Shown in pieces: positions 36,390 to 43,758 of a stretch of DNA of 43,758 nucleotides; position 1 is the first letter of the stretch, and every line of letters begins with the position of its first letter. The translations under genes were made by a program, and so were the position numbers. The stretch lies in contig VERK01000001.1 of the NCBI GenBank assembly GCA_018882725.1, positions 1 through 43,758 of the forward strand. Direction: 5' to 3'. The notes below the pieces were generated by a model that was not told the origin of the DNA, made no database searches, and worked only from the letters and a program-made list of their open reading frames with translations. This stretch comes from Actinomycetota bacterium (lineage in GTDB: Bacteria > Actinomycetota > Acidimicrobiia > Acidimicrobiales > Ilumatobacteraceae).

Positions 36390-38020
36390 GAGAGCGAGGT
36401 GAGTGGTTTGGCCAGTTTGATGGAAGCGGTGGTGTCGGGAGCGGCCAGGGCCTTCATCGCGACGTCGAAGTCGGGGAGAGCAAAGACTTCGCCACCATCG
36501 GTGATCATGATGAACCGGTCGAGCGTTTCGAGGAACGTGCGATCGTGACTCACCGCGATCACGGTTCCCTCGAATCCGTCGAGAGCGAGCTCGAGCGCTT
36601 CGGACGATTCGATGTCGAGGTTGTCGGTGGGTTCGTCGAGCAACAGAACGTTGTGGCCATCCAGTTCGAGACACAGAATCTCGAGCCGGGCCTTCTGTCC
36701 GCCCGAGAGGGTCGGAAACTCCTGGCGCGCGTTGACGTGTAGTCCGTAGCGGGCCAGTGCGCGCATCGACTTCTCTTCGTCCACCAGACGATCACGAACG
36801 ATGTCGAGCGCGGTTCGATTGGCGAACTCGGGTCGGTTGTTGACCTGCGTGAACATTCCGACCGACGTACGAGGGCCGAAGCCCACGATCCCTTCCGTGG
36901 GTTGACCCTTGCCGGCGAGAACGTCGAGCAAGTGGGTCTTGCCCGTGCCGTTCGGACCGATCAGGCCCACGCGCTCGCCGTGATGGATCTCCTCCGAGAA
37001 CGGAAGGAACAATCCGTCGATCGCAACATCGTCGAGTTTGGCCACGCGGCGAGCAGCGTCGGCGCCGCGCAAGCGAACGTGAATCTTCTGGTCGGGTACG
37101 GGCGGCGGTGGCGGACCAGCAGCCACGAACTTCTCCCAACGCGTTTCGGCGGCATTGGCCTTGGTCGCGTTCTTGAAGTTCTGCGCGGCTCGCTGCTTCA
37201 TGATCTTCATATGGTGGAACAGACGACGTTCTTCGTCGTTCCACCGCTTCAGATCGTCGCCCAGTTGCTCTTGTCGTTTGGCCCGAGCCTCGGGGAAAGT
37301 CGTATACGAGCCGCCGTGCACCCACGCGCCCGATCCCTCGATCACGACGATCTTGTTGGCCACGCGTTCGAGGAGTCGGCGGTCGTGGCTCACCATCAGG
37401 ATCGTCGACTTGGTTTCGAGGATTCGGTCCTCGAGCCAACCGCGCGTCGGAATGTCGAGATAGTTGTCGGGCTCGTCGAGGAGCAGAACGTCAGAACCCG
37501 ACGTGAGTAGCAAGTCGAGGACGAGTCGCTTGCGCTCACCACCGGACAGCTCGGAAACCAGGCGTCGCGCGAAGTCGTCGATCTTGGTCTTGACACTGCG
37601 GTCCGCAGCCGCGTGCCACTTGGTCTCGAGTTCGTAGCCGCCGAGATCACCCCAGTCGGCCAATGCCTCGGCGTACTCCATACCGTCGTCGTTCCCGAGG
37701 TTGCGCTCGGCGGCGGCGAGGCGACGACCGGCCTGCCGGAGTTGTGTGGGTGCGACTTCGATGAGCATGTCGCGTAGCGAGTCGGTCGGTCGTGACATAC
37801 CCACGTCCTGGGTCATCGACAGCATCGTGCCGAGCACATTGAACTCGCCCTCGTCGGCTTCGATCACTCCGGAAAGGATCCGCAGAATCGTGCTCTTGCC
37901 GACTCCGTTGGCGCCGACCAGGGCCGCATGTTCGCCCGGCGCCACACCGAACGAGACGTCGAAGAAGAGTTGGTCTCCGCCGGGTGGTGCGTATGCGAGT
38001 TCGGAGACCGTGATGCTCAC
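36386..38020 (-). CDS. ABC-F family ATPase (two ABC domains, no TM domain)
   Basis: 544 aa, GTG start. Two Walker A motifs (GANGVGKST, GPNGTGKTH), two signatures (LSGGERKR, LSGGQKARL) and a charged inter-domain linker. Confidence 0.92.
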   Translation of the reverse strand: MSITVSELAYAPPGGDQLFFDVSFGVAPGEHAALVGANGVGKSTILRILSGVIEADEGEFNVLGTMLSMTQDVGMSRPTDSLRDMLIEVAPTQLRQAGRRLAAAERNLGNDDGMEYAEALADWGDLGGYELETKWHAAADRSVKTKIDDFARRLVSELSGGERKRLVLDLLLTSGSDVLLLDEPDNYLDIPTRGWLEDRILETKSTILMVSHDRRLLERVANKIVVIEGSGAWVHGGSYTTFPEARAKRQEQLGDDLKRWNDEERRLFHHMKIMKQRAAQNFKNATKANAAETRWEKFVAAGPPPPPVPDQKIHVRLRGADAARRVAKLDDVAIDGLFLPFSEEIHHGERVGLIGPNGTGKTHLLDVLAGKGQPTEGIVGFGPRTSVGMFTQVNNRPEFANRTALDIVRDRLVDEEKSMRALARYGLHVNARQEFPTLSGGQKARLEILCLELDGHNVLLLDEPTDNLDIESSEALELALDGFEGTVIAVSHDRTFLETLDRFIMITDGGEVFALPDFDVAMKALAAPDTTASIKLAKPLTSLS

Positions 38021-38053
38021 GCGGTCATTCTCGCGCCGCGCCGACCGAAACGG

Positions 38054-39472
38054 TCACGACACGTAAAGCCGAACCTGATCGCTTTCGAAGCCACTGGCGA
38101 GAATCTCCAGACGACCGTCGTTATTGAGATCGACCACCATCATCGAGCCAGCCTGTGCGTAGCCGGTCTGCAGCACGCGGGTGTTGAAAGCCGACGGTCC
38201 GGTCTGCTCGAGAATGAAGAGCCGGTCGTCGCCGTCACCGGAGACAGCGAGATCGACATCGCCATCGGCATCGATGTCACCCCAACCGAACACTCCGGGT
38301 GCGGCCTGGAACGCAGTACCGACACTCGGACGCGAGACGATCCCGGAACTCAGAAGTTGAACCGACCACTCGGCTCGCGGATCGGCTCCGGGTGTCAAGC
38401 GATAGACACCCGACTCCACTTGGCCCGGCTTGGTGGTGTTGGTGTGGTTCGACGCGACCCAACCGAATGTTCCGGGGCCGTCGATATCCGGGACGAGCGA
38501 CACCTGGATCACCTTTCCGATGGATGACGTGATCACGTGCTTCTGCCACGTGGGCAGACCATCGGTGCCAGCCGGCAGTTGTTCGAACCAGATGGCGCTC
38601 TCGGGTGTCAGGAAGTATTGACCCGACACGATGTCGAGATCACCGTCAGCGTCCACGTCGGCCGCCACTGGTAGCGAACCACCACCCTGGCCGATCGGAT
38701 GCGCAGATGTCTCGAAGCCATCGGCGGTTCCGCGGAACCACACCGTGTTCGCATCGGTCGACGTCTCACCGATCGCGACGATGTCGAGCACACCGTCACC
38801 GTCGATGTCGGCGACAGCGGGACGGTGGTAGAACTCGGTCGCACCCTTGGCCACCAGGTCGATGGCCTCGAACTTCGCCATGCCACCTTCGATTCCGACG
38901 TTCTCCCAGATGACGAGCGCGCCGCACGGACCGACGGTACCGATGGAAGCACACACGAAGAATCCGATGCCGCCGATGATGTCGGTGTCGCCGTCACCGT
39001 CGAGGTCGCCGACCCACGGTTGATTGAAGAAGTAGTAACCATCATCGGTCGTCACGACGTCATCGCGCACGAAGCTGATAGGGCCCCCCGTTTGGTACAG
39101 CACCGCCAGCGTGCTGGTTCCGACCGTCACGTTTTTCATGTCGATGTCGCCGAAACCGTTGACGAGAATTTCGAGAATGCCGTCGCCGTTGAAGTCGGCG
39201 GCCGTGGCACCCGCGGCTCCACCGAACCCGTCGACGAGAGTGTGGTAACTGAACGCGGCATCGTCGGCCGCGGTGCCGACCTCGATCGCTCCGGTGGCGA
39301 ACGGTGGCACGGTCGTGGTGGGCGCTTCCGTGACCGGAGCTTCGGTTGCCGGCGGGGCGGAGGACGCTGAAGTCGATTCAACCGGGGCCGATTCCGAGTC
39401 GCCACCTCCGCAGGCGGCGACGGCCAACAATGAAACGAGTGATGACACGACACTGAACCGTTTGAACGACAT
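38054..39472 (-). CDS. Lipoprotein with FG-GAP/VCBS-type beta-propeller repeats
   Basis: The track ORF opens at TTG 39484. ATG 39472 follows GGAGGGG (472 aa). Lipobox LLAVAAC, a Pro/Thr/Ala-rich linker, and repeated DxDGDG motifs (DLDGDGDTDIIGG, DIDGDGVLDIVA, DVDADGDLDIVSG, DIDADGDVDLAVSG, DLNNDGRLEILASG). Confidence 0.75.
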   Translation of the reverse strand: MSFKRFSVVSSLVSLLAVAACGGGDSESAPVESTSASSAPPATEAPVTEAPTTTVPPFATGAIEVGTAADDAAFSYHTLVDGFGGAAGATAADFNGDGILEILVNGFGDIDMKNVTVGTSTLAVLYQTGGPISFVRDDVVTTDDGYYFFNQPWVGDLDGDGDTDIIGGIGFFVCASIGTVGPCGALVIWENVGIEGGMAKFEAIDLVAKGATEFYHRPAVADIDGDGVLDIVAIGETSTDANTVWFRGTADGFETSAHPIGQGGGSLPVAADVDADGDLDIVSGQYFLTPESAIWFEQLPAGTDGLPTWQKHVITSSIGKVIQVSLVPDIDGPGTFGWVASNHTNTTKPGQVESGVYRLTPGADPRAEWSVQLLSSGIVSRPSVGTAFQAAPGVFGWGDIDADGDVDLAVSGDGDDRLFILEQTGPSAFNTRVLQTGYAQAGSMMVVDLNNDGRLEILASGFESDQVRLYVS

Positions 39473-39539
39473 GTTCCCCTCCAACAGTCGGACTTTTCGT
39501 CGACTGTAGTCGGCCGGGTGCGTCGCTGTATTCGGGTGG

Positions 39540-40556
39540 TCAGTGAGCGATCTTCACCAACAGCTTTCCGCGGTGACCACCGCTCATCAAGATGTCGAGT
39601 GCTCGTGGGAACGATTCGACGCCGGTCTCCACGTGCTCGGGCATCACGAGATCGCCGCGGCTCAGCCACTGCGTCAACTGTGCTTCGGCAGCGGCGTAGG
39701 CGTGTTCGAAGTGGAAGACCGCGAAACCCTCCATGACCGCTTGACGCTCGGCAAGTTTGAGATAGTTCCGTGGTCCGCGGACGTTCTTCATGTCGTCGTA
39801 TTGCGAGATCGCGCCACAGATCACGATGCGTGAACCACGATGAATGTTCATGAGAACGGCGTCGAGGACGTCACCGCCCACATTGTCGAAGAAAACGTCG
39901 ACTCCATTGGGAAGAAGATCGCGGAGTCGCGCTTCCACATCGTCGTTGCGGTAGTCGATGGCAGCGTCGTAGCCGAGTTCATCGACGAGGAAGCGGCACT
40001 TCTCGGGTCCGCCGGCGATGCCGATGACCGGTGACGCTCCGAGCAGGCGAGCGATCTGGCCGGCGACCGAACCAACGGCACCTGCAGCAGCCGACACCAC
40101 GACTGATTGTCCTGCGCTCACGTGACCGACTTCGGTGAGTCCGACATACGCGGTGAGGCCGGTGGTGAGTCCGAGGGCACCGAGCCAGGCCCGCGGCGGA
40201 ACGACCGATGTGTCGAGGCGACGCATCATGAACCCGGGCATGGTGGCGAACGTCTGTGAACACAACGGTCCGAACACCCAGTCACCGACGGCAAGCCCTT
40301 CGAATCGTGATTCGACCACTTGGCCGACGCCGAGAGCCGGGATCACTCCACCGATCTGGGCACCTTGATGGAAGCTCTCTTCTTCGAGAGTCGTGCGAAT
40401 GAACGCATCGATGCCGAGGTGATCGACGGCCACGACGACCTGCCCATCGTCGGGCGCGAGCGCGTCGTCGTCGAGAAATGTGAAGTCGGATGCCTGCGGT
40501 CGACCCTGAGGTCGCCGAGCCAGAACGATACGAGGGTTCGGTCGATTGCTTCGCAC
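39540..40556 (-). CDS. NADP-dependent medium-chain (MDR) oxidoreductase, alkenal/enone-reductase-like
   Basis: Track ORF 39540..40709 trimmed to GTG 40556, 5 nt after the upstream stop (338 aa). Cofactor motif VSAAAGAVGSVAGQIA. Overall YncB/PTGR-like pattern. Confidence 0.85.
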   Translation of the reverse strand: MRSNRPNPRIVLARRPQGRPQASDFTFLDDDALAPDDGQVVVAVDHLGIDAFIRTTLEEESFHQGAQIGGVIPALGVGQVVESRFEGLAVGDWVFGPLCSQTFATMPGFMMRRLDTSVVPPRAWLGALGLTTGLTAYVGLTEVGHVSAGQSVVVSAAAGAVGSVAGQIARLLGASPVIGIAGGPEKCRFLVDELGYDAAIDYRNDDVEARLRDLLPNGVDVFFDNVGGDVLDAVLMNIHRGSRIVICGAISQYDDMKNVRGPRNYLKLAERQAVMEGFAVFHFEHAYAAAEAQLTQWLSRGDLVMPEHVETGVESFPRALDILMSGGHRGKLLVKIAH

Positions 40557-40560
40557 GGTG

Positions 40561-41328
40561 TCAGAGGCCCCCGTCGATTCCGATGATCTGACCAGTGACC
40601 CAACTCGATGCGGGTGACACGAGATACAGCGCGGCCAAACCGAGGTCTTCGGGTGTTCCGAGACGGCGCATCGGCAGACGAAGGATCTTCTCCAGTCGGG
40701 GAAGATCACCCTCTTCGAGACGCATCGCCTTCATCATGATCTCGGTGGGTACGGCTCCGGGCATGATGCAGTTCACGCGAATGCGCGGGCCGAGTTCTTT
40801 GGCGTAGGTCATCGTGAGTGAGTTGACGGCGGCCTTCGCGGCGGCGTAGTGACCGCTCCCCATCACCGTGGAGACCGCGGCCTTCGATGAGATGTTCACG
40901 ATGCGACCGCCGTCGCGCATCATTCGCGCCGCGGTGTTGGTGCACACCCAGATGGACGTGAGGTTGAGGCGCATGGTGGCGTCCCACTCCTCGCGAGGCA
41001 GATCGACGAGCGGTGTCTGGATCGGCGAACCACCCGCGTTGTTGATGAGAATGTCGAGCGATCCGAATTCGTCGATCGCCCGCTGGCAGAGCGACCGCAC
41101 GGCGTCGTCGTCGGTCACATCGGTGGGTACGGCGATGGCGCGACCACCGCTCGCTCTGATGTCACTCGCCACCCGCTCCACTTCATCGGCTCGTCGAGCT
41201 GCACACACCACGGCTGCTCCGGCCCCGGCCAACGCGTGGGCGATTCCTTCGCCGATGCCCCGGCCGGCTCCGGTCACGATCGCCACGTCGTCGCCCAGAT
41301 CGAACATGCGTCGCACGTTCTCGTTCAC
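40561..41328 (-). CDS. SDR-family oxidoreductase
   Basis: Track ORF 40561..41592 trimmed to GTG 41328, preceded by AAGGGGGA (255 aa; ATG 41307 is an alternative). TGAGRGIG, NNAG and YAAAK motifs. Confidence 0.88.
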   Translation of the reverse strand: MNENVRRMFDLGDDVAIVTGAGRGIGEGIAHALAGAGAAVVCAARRADEVERVASDIRASGGRAIAVPTDVTDDDAVRSLCQRAIDEFGSLDILINNAGGSPIQTPLVDLPREEWDATMRLNLTSIWVCTNTAARMMRDGGRIVNISSKAAVSTVMGSGHYAAAKAAVNSLTMTYAKELGPRIRVNCIMPGAVPTEIMMKAMRLEEGDLPRLEKILRLPMRRLGTPEDLGLAALYLVSPASSWVTGQIIGIDGGL

Positions 41329-41371
41329 GATGTCCCCCTTCGTGCTCCCCCGGGAGCGTCCCGCGGGGAAG

Positions 41372-41384
41372 TTACCACGGGTAA
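41372..41384. promoter_or_regulatory. Candidate TetR operator: palindrome TTACC-ACG-GGTAA in the divergent SDR/TetR spacer
   Basis: 5-3-5 palindrome, the least GC-rich element in the 109-bp divergent spacer. A second imperfect repeat, CCCGAACCC-N8-GGGGTCGGG, lies at 41392-41417. No binding evidence. Confidence 0.25.
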
Positions 41385-41437
41385 GAAACTGCCCGAACCC
41401 GTCTTCGAGGGGTCGGGCGTTGGGCCAGAATGTCGCC

Positions 41438-42055
41438 GTGACTCGTCCGCTCACCCGTCGCCCTGGTCGTCCGCTCGGCGGCCAGCTCGATGTGAGTCGC
41501 GACGTGGTCCTCGATGCGGCCGAGCGTGTGATCGCCCGTGACGGCGCCACTGCCTCCATCGATGCCATCGCGGCCGAAGCCGGGGTGACCAAGCCGATCG
41601 TCTACGACCGGGTCGGGTCGCGGGCCGATCTGGCCACCGCGCTGGCCGAGCGGCTGTCCGATCGCATGGCCGTGGCCGCTCGCGCCGCCCTCGATGGCCG
41701 CGGGTTCACCCGGTTGAGCCTGGCGTCGTTCATCGAGGCCAACCTGCGCACGGTGATCGAACACCGCGATCTGTTTCTCTATGTCACCGGCGGATCGACC
41801 GATCAGACCTCGCTCGGGCGTCTGGTGTTGGCCGAACAATCGGTGATCCCGCTGTCGATGGCCCTGAAGAACTGGCGTCAACGAGCCGTCCTCGACCCCT
41901 CGGTGTCCGACTCGTGGGCCTACGGGATGGTCGGGATGCTGCAGATGGCCTCGTTGTGGGTGATCGGTTCGCCCTCGGCCGACCCGCGGGTGGTGGCCGA
42001 TCAGTTGGCCGAACTCCTGTGGTACGGCCTGGTCGGAGAGCGCCGAACGGACTGA
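41438..42055 (+). CDS. TetR/AcrR-family transcriptional regulator
   Basis: Track ORF 40868..42055 trimmed to GTG 41438 (205 aa); upstream of that point the frame is antisense to the SDR. HTH segment ASIDAIAAEAGVTKPIVYDRVGSRADL. Confidence 0.85.
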   Translation: MTRPLTRRPGRPLGGQLDVSRDVVLDAAERVIARDGATASIDAIAAEAGVTKPIVYDRVGSRADLATALAERLSDRMAVAARAALDGRGFTRLSLASFIEANLRTVIEHRDLFLYVTGGSTDQTSLGRLVLAEQSVIPLSMALKNWRQRAVLDPSVSDSWAYGMVGMLQMASLWVIGSPSADPRVVADQLAELLWYGLVGERRTD

Positions 42056-42126
42056 TCGTCCAATAATTACGACCCGTAGATTCGGGAGTGTGTCGGGTGT
42101 TACAGTCCCGACGGGGGGGAGAGAAC

Positions 42127-42624
42127 ATGGGTTCTCAGGACAGTTACGAAGATTTGACCGAGTGCGCATTGTCGCCCGAGCTCGAGAAGAAGCTCGTCGA
42201 GTCACACGGCGAATGCGTGTTCATGTGGGCCAACAGCAAGGGCGAGCCGTTCGGCGTCGTCATGTCGTACATGCCCAAGGACGGCAAGTTGTGGCTCACG
42301 GCGGCGGCCACGCGCAAACGCATCCCGGCCCTGCGCCGCAATCCGCGTTCGGCGATCTGCATCAACAGCACCGGCGGAAAGATGGGCGGTGGCAAGACCG
42401 TCACGTACAAGGGCAACACCTTCATTCATGAAGATCGCGCCACCAAGGACTGGTTCTACCCCGAGTTCTCGCGACGCCTGCGCCCCGACAACGAAGCGGC
42501 TGCGCTTGCGTTTCAGAAGTTCCTCGATTCCCCGCACCGCGTGATCATGGAATTCGTCCCCGATTACACGTTGAGTTTCGATGCCGCCCTCATGTGGGCT
42601 CGTTCACCCGAAGTCGTCCAGTAA
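42127..42624 (+). CDS. Pyridoxamine 5'-phosphate oxidase-like (split beta-barrel, FMN/F420-binding) family protein
   Basis: Track ORF trimmed to ATG 42127 (165 aa). PNPOx-like pattern (GECVFMWANSKGEPFGVVMSY...DGKLWLTAAATRKRIPALRRNPRSAICI). Confidence 0.7.
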   Translation: MGSQDSYEDLTECALSPELEKKLVESHGECVFMWANSKGEPFGVVMSYMPKDGKLWLTAAATRKRIPALRRNPRSAICINSTGGKMGGGKTVTYKGNTFIHEDRATKDWFYPEFSRRLRPDNEAAALAFQKFLDSPHRVIMEFVPDYTLSFDAALMWARSPEVVQ

Positions 42625-42659
42625 CCGAAGCCCAGAACCACAGACCTCAGGAGATCCTC

Positions 42660-43758
42660 ATGTCGATGACCGAAGAAGTCCCCGCTCACCTGCAAGGCAA
42701 CGGCCGCCCCGTTTTCGACGAGCGCACGCTCACCGATCTGAAGGTGGTCGGTTCCATTCCGGCCGAACTCGACGGTCGATACCTCCGGAACGGAGCCAAT
42801 CCGATCACCGGCATGAGCGATCACCCGTTCTTCGGTGACGGCATGATCCACGGTGTTCGTCTGCTCGACGGCAAGGCGCAGTGGTACCGCAACCGTTACG
42901 TACAGACGCCGTTCATCAAGGATCCGTCCATCGACATCCTCGACCCGAACGTCACTCTTGACATGCGATGCTCGAAGGCGAACACGCACGTCGTGGGTCA
43001 CGCCGGCAAGATCCTTGCGCTCGAAGAGGGCCACTTCCCCTACGTGCTCGACGGCGACCTCAACACCGTGGGTGCCACCGATTATCAGGGTGTGCTGAAG
43101 GGACCCTTCACCGCGCACCCCAAGATCTGCCCGACCACGGGCGAGATGCTCGCGTTCGGCTACGCGCCCCTGCCGCCGTACCTCACGTACTTGCGCGTCT
43201 CGGCCACCGGCGAATTGGTTCAAGTCGAGCCGATCACCGTCACCGGACCCACGATGATGCACGACTTCAACATCACCGAGAACTACGTGATCTTCATGGA
43301 TCTCCCGGCGGTGTTCAATCTCGACCTCGCGCTTGAGGGCAAGATGCCCATCGAGTGGAGCGACACCTACCCGGCGCGCCTCGGCGTGATGCCGCGCAAC
43401 GGCAACGACTCGCAGGTGAAGTGGTACGACGTCAACCCGTGCTACGTGTTCCACCCGATGAACAGTTACGAAGACGGCGACAAGATCGTCCTCGACGTCG
43501 CTCGCTTCGAGCACATCTGGAAGGCCGACGCGATGGACTTCCCGCCGCCGCTCCTGTGGCGTTGGGTCATCGACACGCGCACCGGCAAGGTCACCGAAGA
43601 GCAGATCGACGATCGCTCGGGTGAGTTCCCGCGCGTCAACGACGCGGTGATCGGCAAGAAGCACCGCTTCGGCTACGAAATGTCGATGGGCAACGCCGGC
43701 TTCGGAGAAGTCGACGCGGGCGCCATCTTGAAGTACGACCGCCAGACCGGCTCGGCGA
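42660..43758 (+). CDS. Carotenoid/stilbene cleavage oxygenase family protein (5' part; continues past the window end)
   Basis: Absent from the ORF track because it has no stop in the window. ATG 42660 follows AGGAG, and I translated the frame open to 43758. Family motifs: LRNGANP, FFGDGMIHG, and all four iron-ligand His contexts (THVVGHAG, FTAHPK, MMHDFNITENY, CYVFHPMNSYE). Confidence 0.88.
   Translation, partial: MSMTEEVPAHLQGNGRPVFDERTLTDLKVVGSIPAELDGRYLRNGANPITGMSDHPFFGDGMIHGVRLLDGKAQWYRNRYVQTPFIKDPSIDILDPNVTLDMRCSKANTHVVGHAGKILALEEGHFPYVLDGDLNTVGATDYQGVLKGPFTAHPKICPTTGEMLAFGYAPLPPYLTYLRVSATGELVQVEPITVTGPTMMHDFNITENYVIFMDLPAVFNLDLALEGKMPIEWSDTYPARLGVMPRNGNDSQVKWYDVNPCYVFHPMNSYEDGDKIVLDVARFEHIWKADAMDFPPPLLWRWVIDTRTGKVTEEQIDDRSGEFPRVNDAVIGKKHRFGYEMSMGNAGFGEVDAGAILKYDRQTGSA

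Noticed and set aside
36390-36674. 95-codon N-terminal extension of the methyltransferase ORF (track start 36674)
   Set aside because: The extension overlaps the ABC-F coding region in another frame and is Arg-rich nonsense. The ATG at 36389 forms an ATGA junction with the ABC-F stop and begins the conserved N-terminus.
40868-41437. 190-codon upstream extension of the TetR ORF (similar 5' extensions occur at 1043-1153, 30346-30675 and 40557-40709)
   Set aside because: These extensions run through, or antisense to, neighbouring well-supported genes. Internal starts with an SD or a stop/start overlap give family-typical N-termini.
42564-43664. 366-aa minus-strand ORF covering the last kilobase
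   Set aside because: The plus strand holds an open frame (42660 to the window end) with all carotenoid-oxygenase His motifs and an AGGAG SD. It is missing from the track only because it has no stop codon in the window. The minus ORF is its shadow.

Overview
This is a high-GC chromosome segment of Actinomycetota type that starts just downstream of dnaA/oriC. It is almost entirely coding: I call 42 CDS (the last one runs off the window end) and 3 tRNAs. I saw no rRNA, CRISPR array, transposase, integrase or phage genes. Layout: (1) a conserved replication block, dnaN-recF-DUF721/dciA-gyrB-gyrA-[TadE-like ORF]-DUF3566-tRNA-Ile. (2) A 5.9-kb set with an NAD-binding protein, a Fur-family regulator, DUF1003, an MgtE_N/CBS protein and two LLM flavin/F420 oxidoreductases, ending at tRNA-Ala. 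(3) A 6-kb set with a tandem NTF2/SnoaL protein, an L,D-transpeptidase, a TrmH methyltransferase, a ferredoxin-reductase-like flavoprotein, MarR, a thiolase and a small membrane protein. (4) The conserved cell-wall/division signalling block, crgA / trpG / pknB-pbpA-rodA-pstP-fhaB-fhaA, followed by tRNA-Leu. (5) More than 15 kb of accessory redox and other genes: sulfatase, SDRs, AKR, BVMO-type monooxygenase, sterol-desaturase-family hydroxylase, PKMT-like methyltransferase, ABC-F ATPase, FG-GAP lipoprotein, MDR reductase, TetR, PNPOx-like protein and a carotenoid-oxygenase-family gene. Many long ORFs in the supplied track are antisense shadows of real genes, which is typical at high GC, and several track ORFs needed their 5' ends trimmed. 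I found no clear novel multi-gene system. The items most worth a second look are: an orphan Rv3654c-type TadE-like gene translationally coupled to gyrA; an exact DnaA box (TTATCCACA) inside a 29-nt palindrome between two convergent genes next to crgA; a lipoprotein / ABC-F / PKMT-like methyltransferase string with an ATGA overlap; a channel-less MgtE_N/CBS sensor paired with DUF1003; and a small membrane-anchored CxxC protein coupled to the thiolase. All family assignments come from reading motifs by eye. No database search was run.
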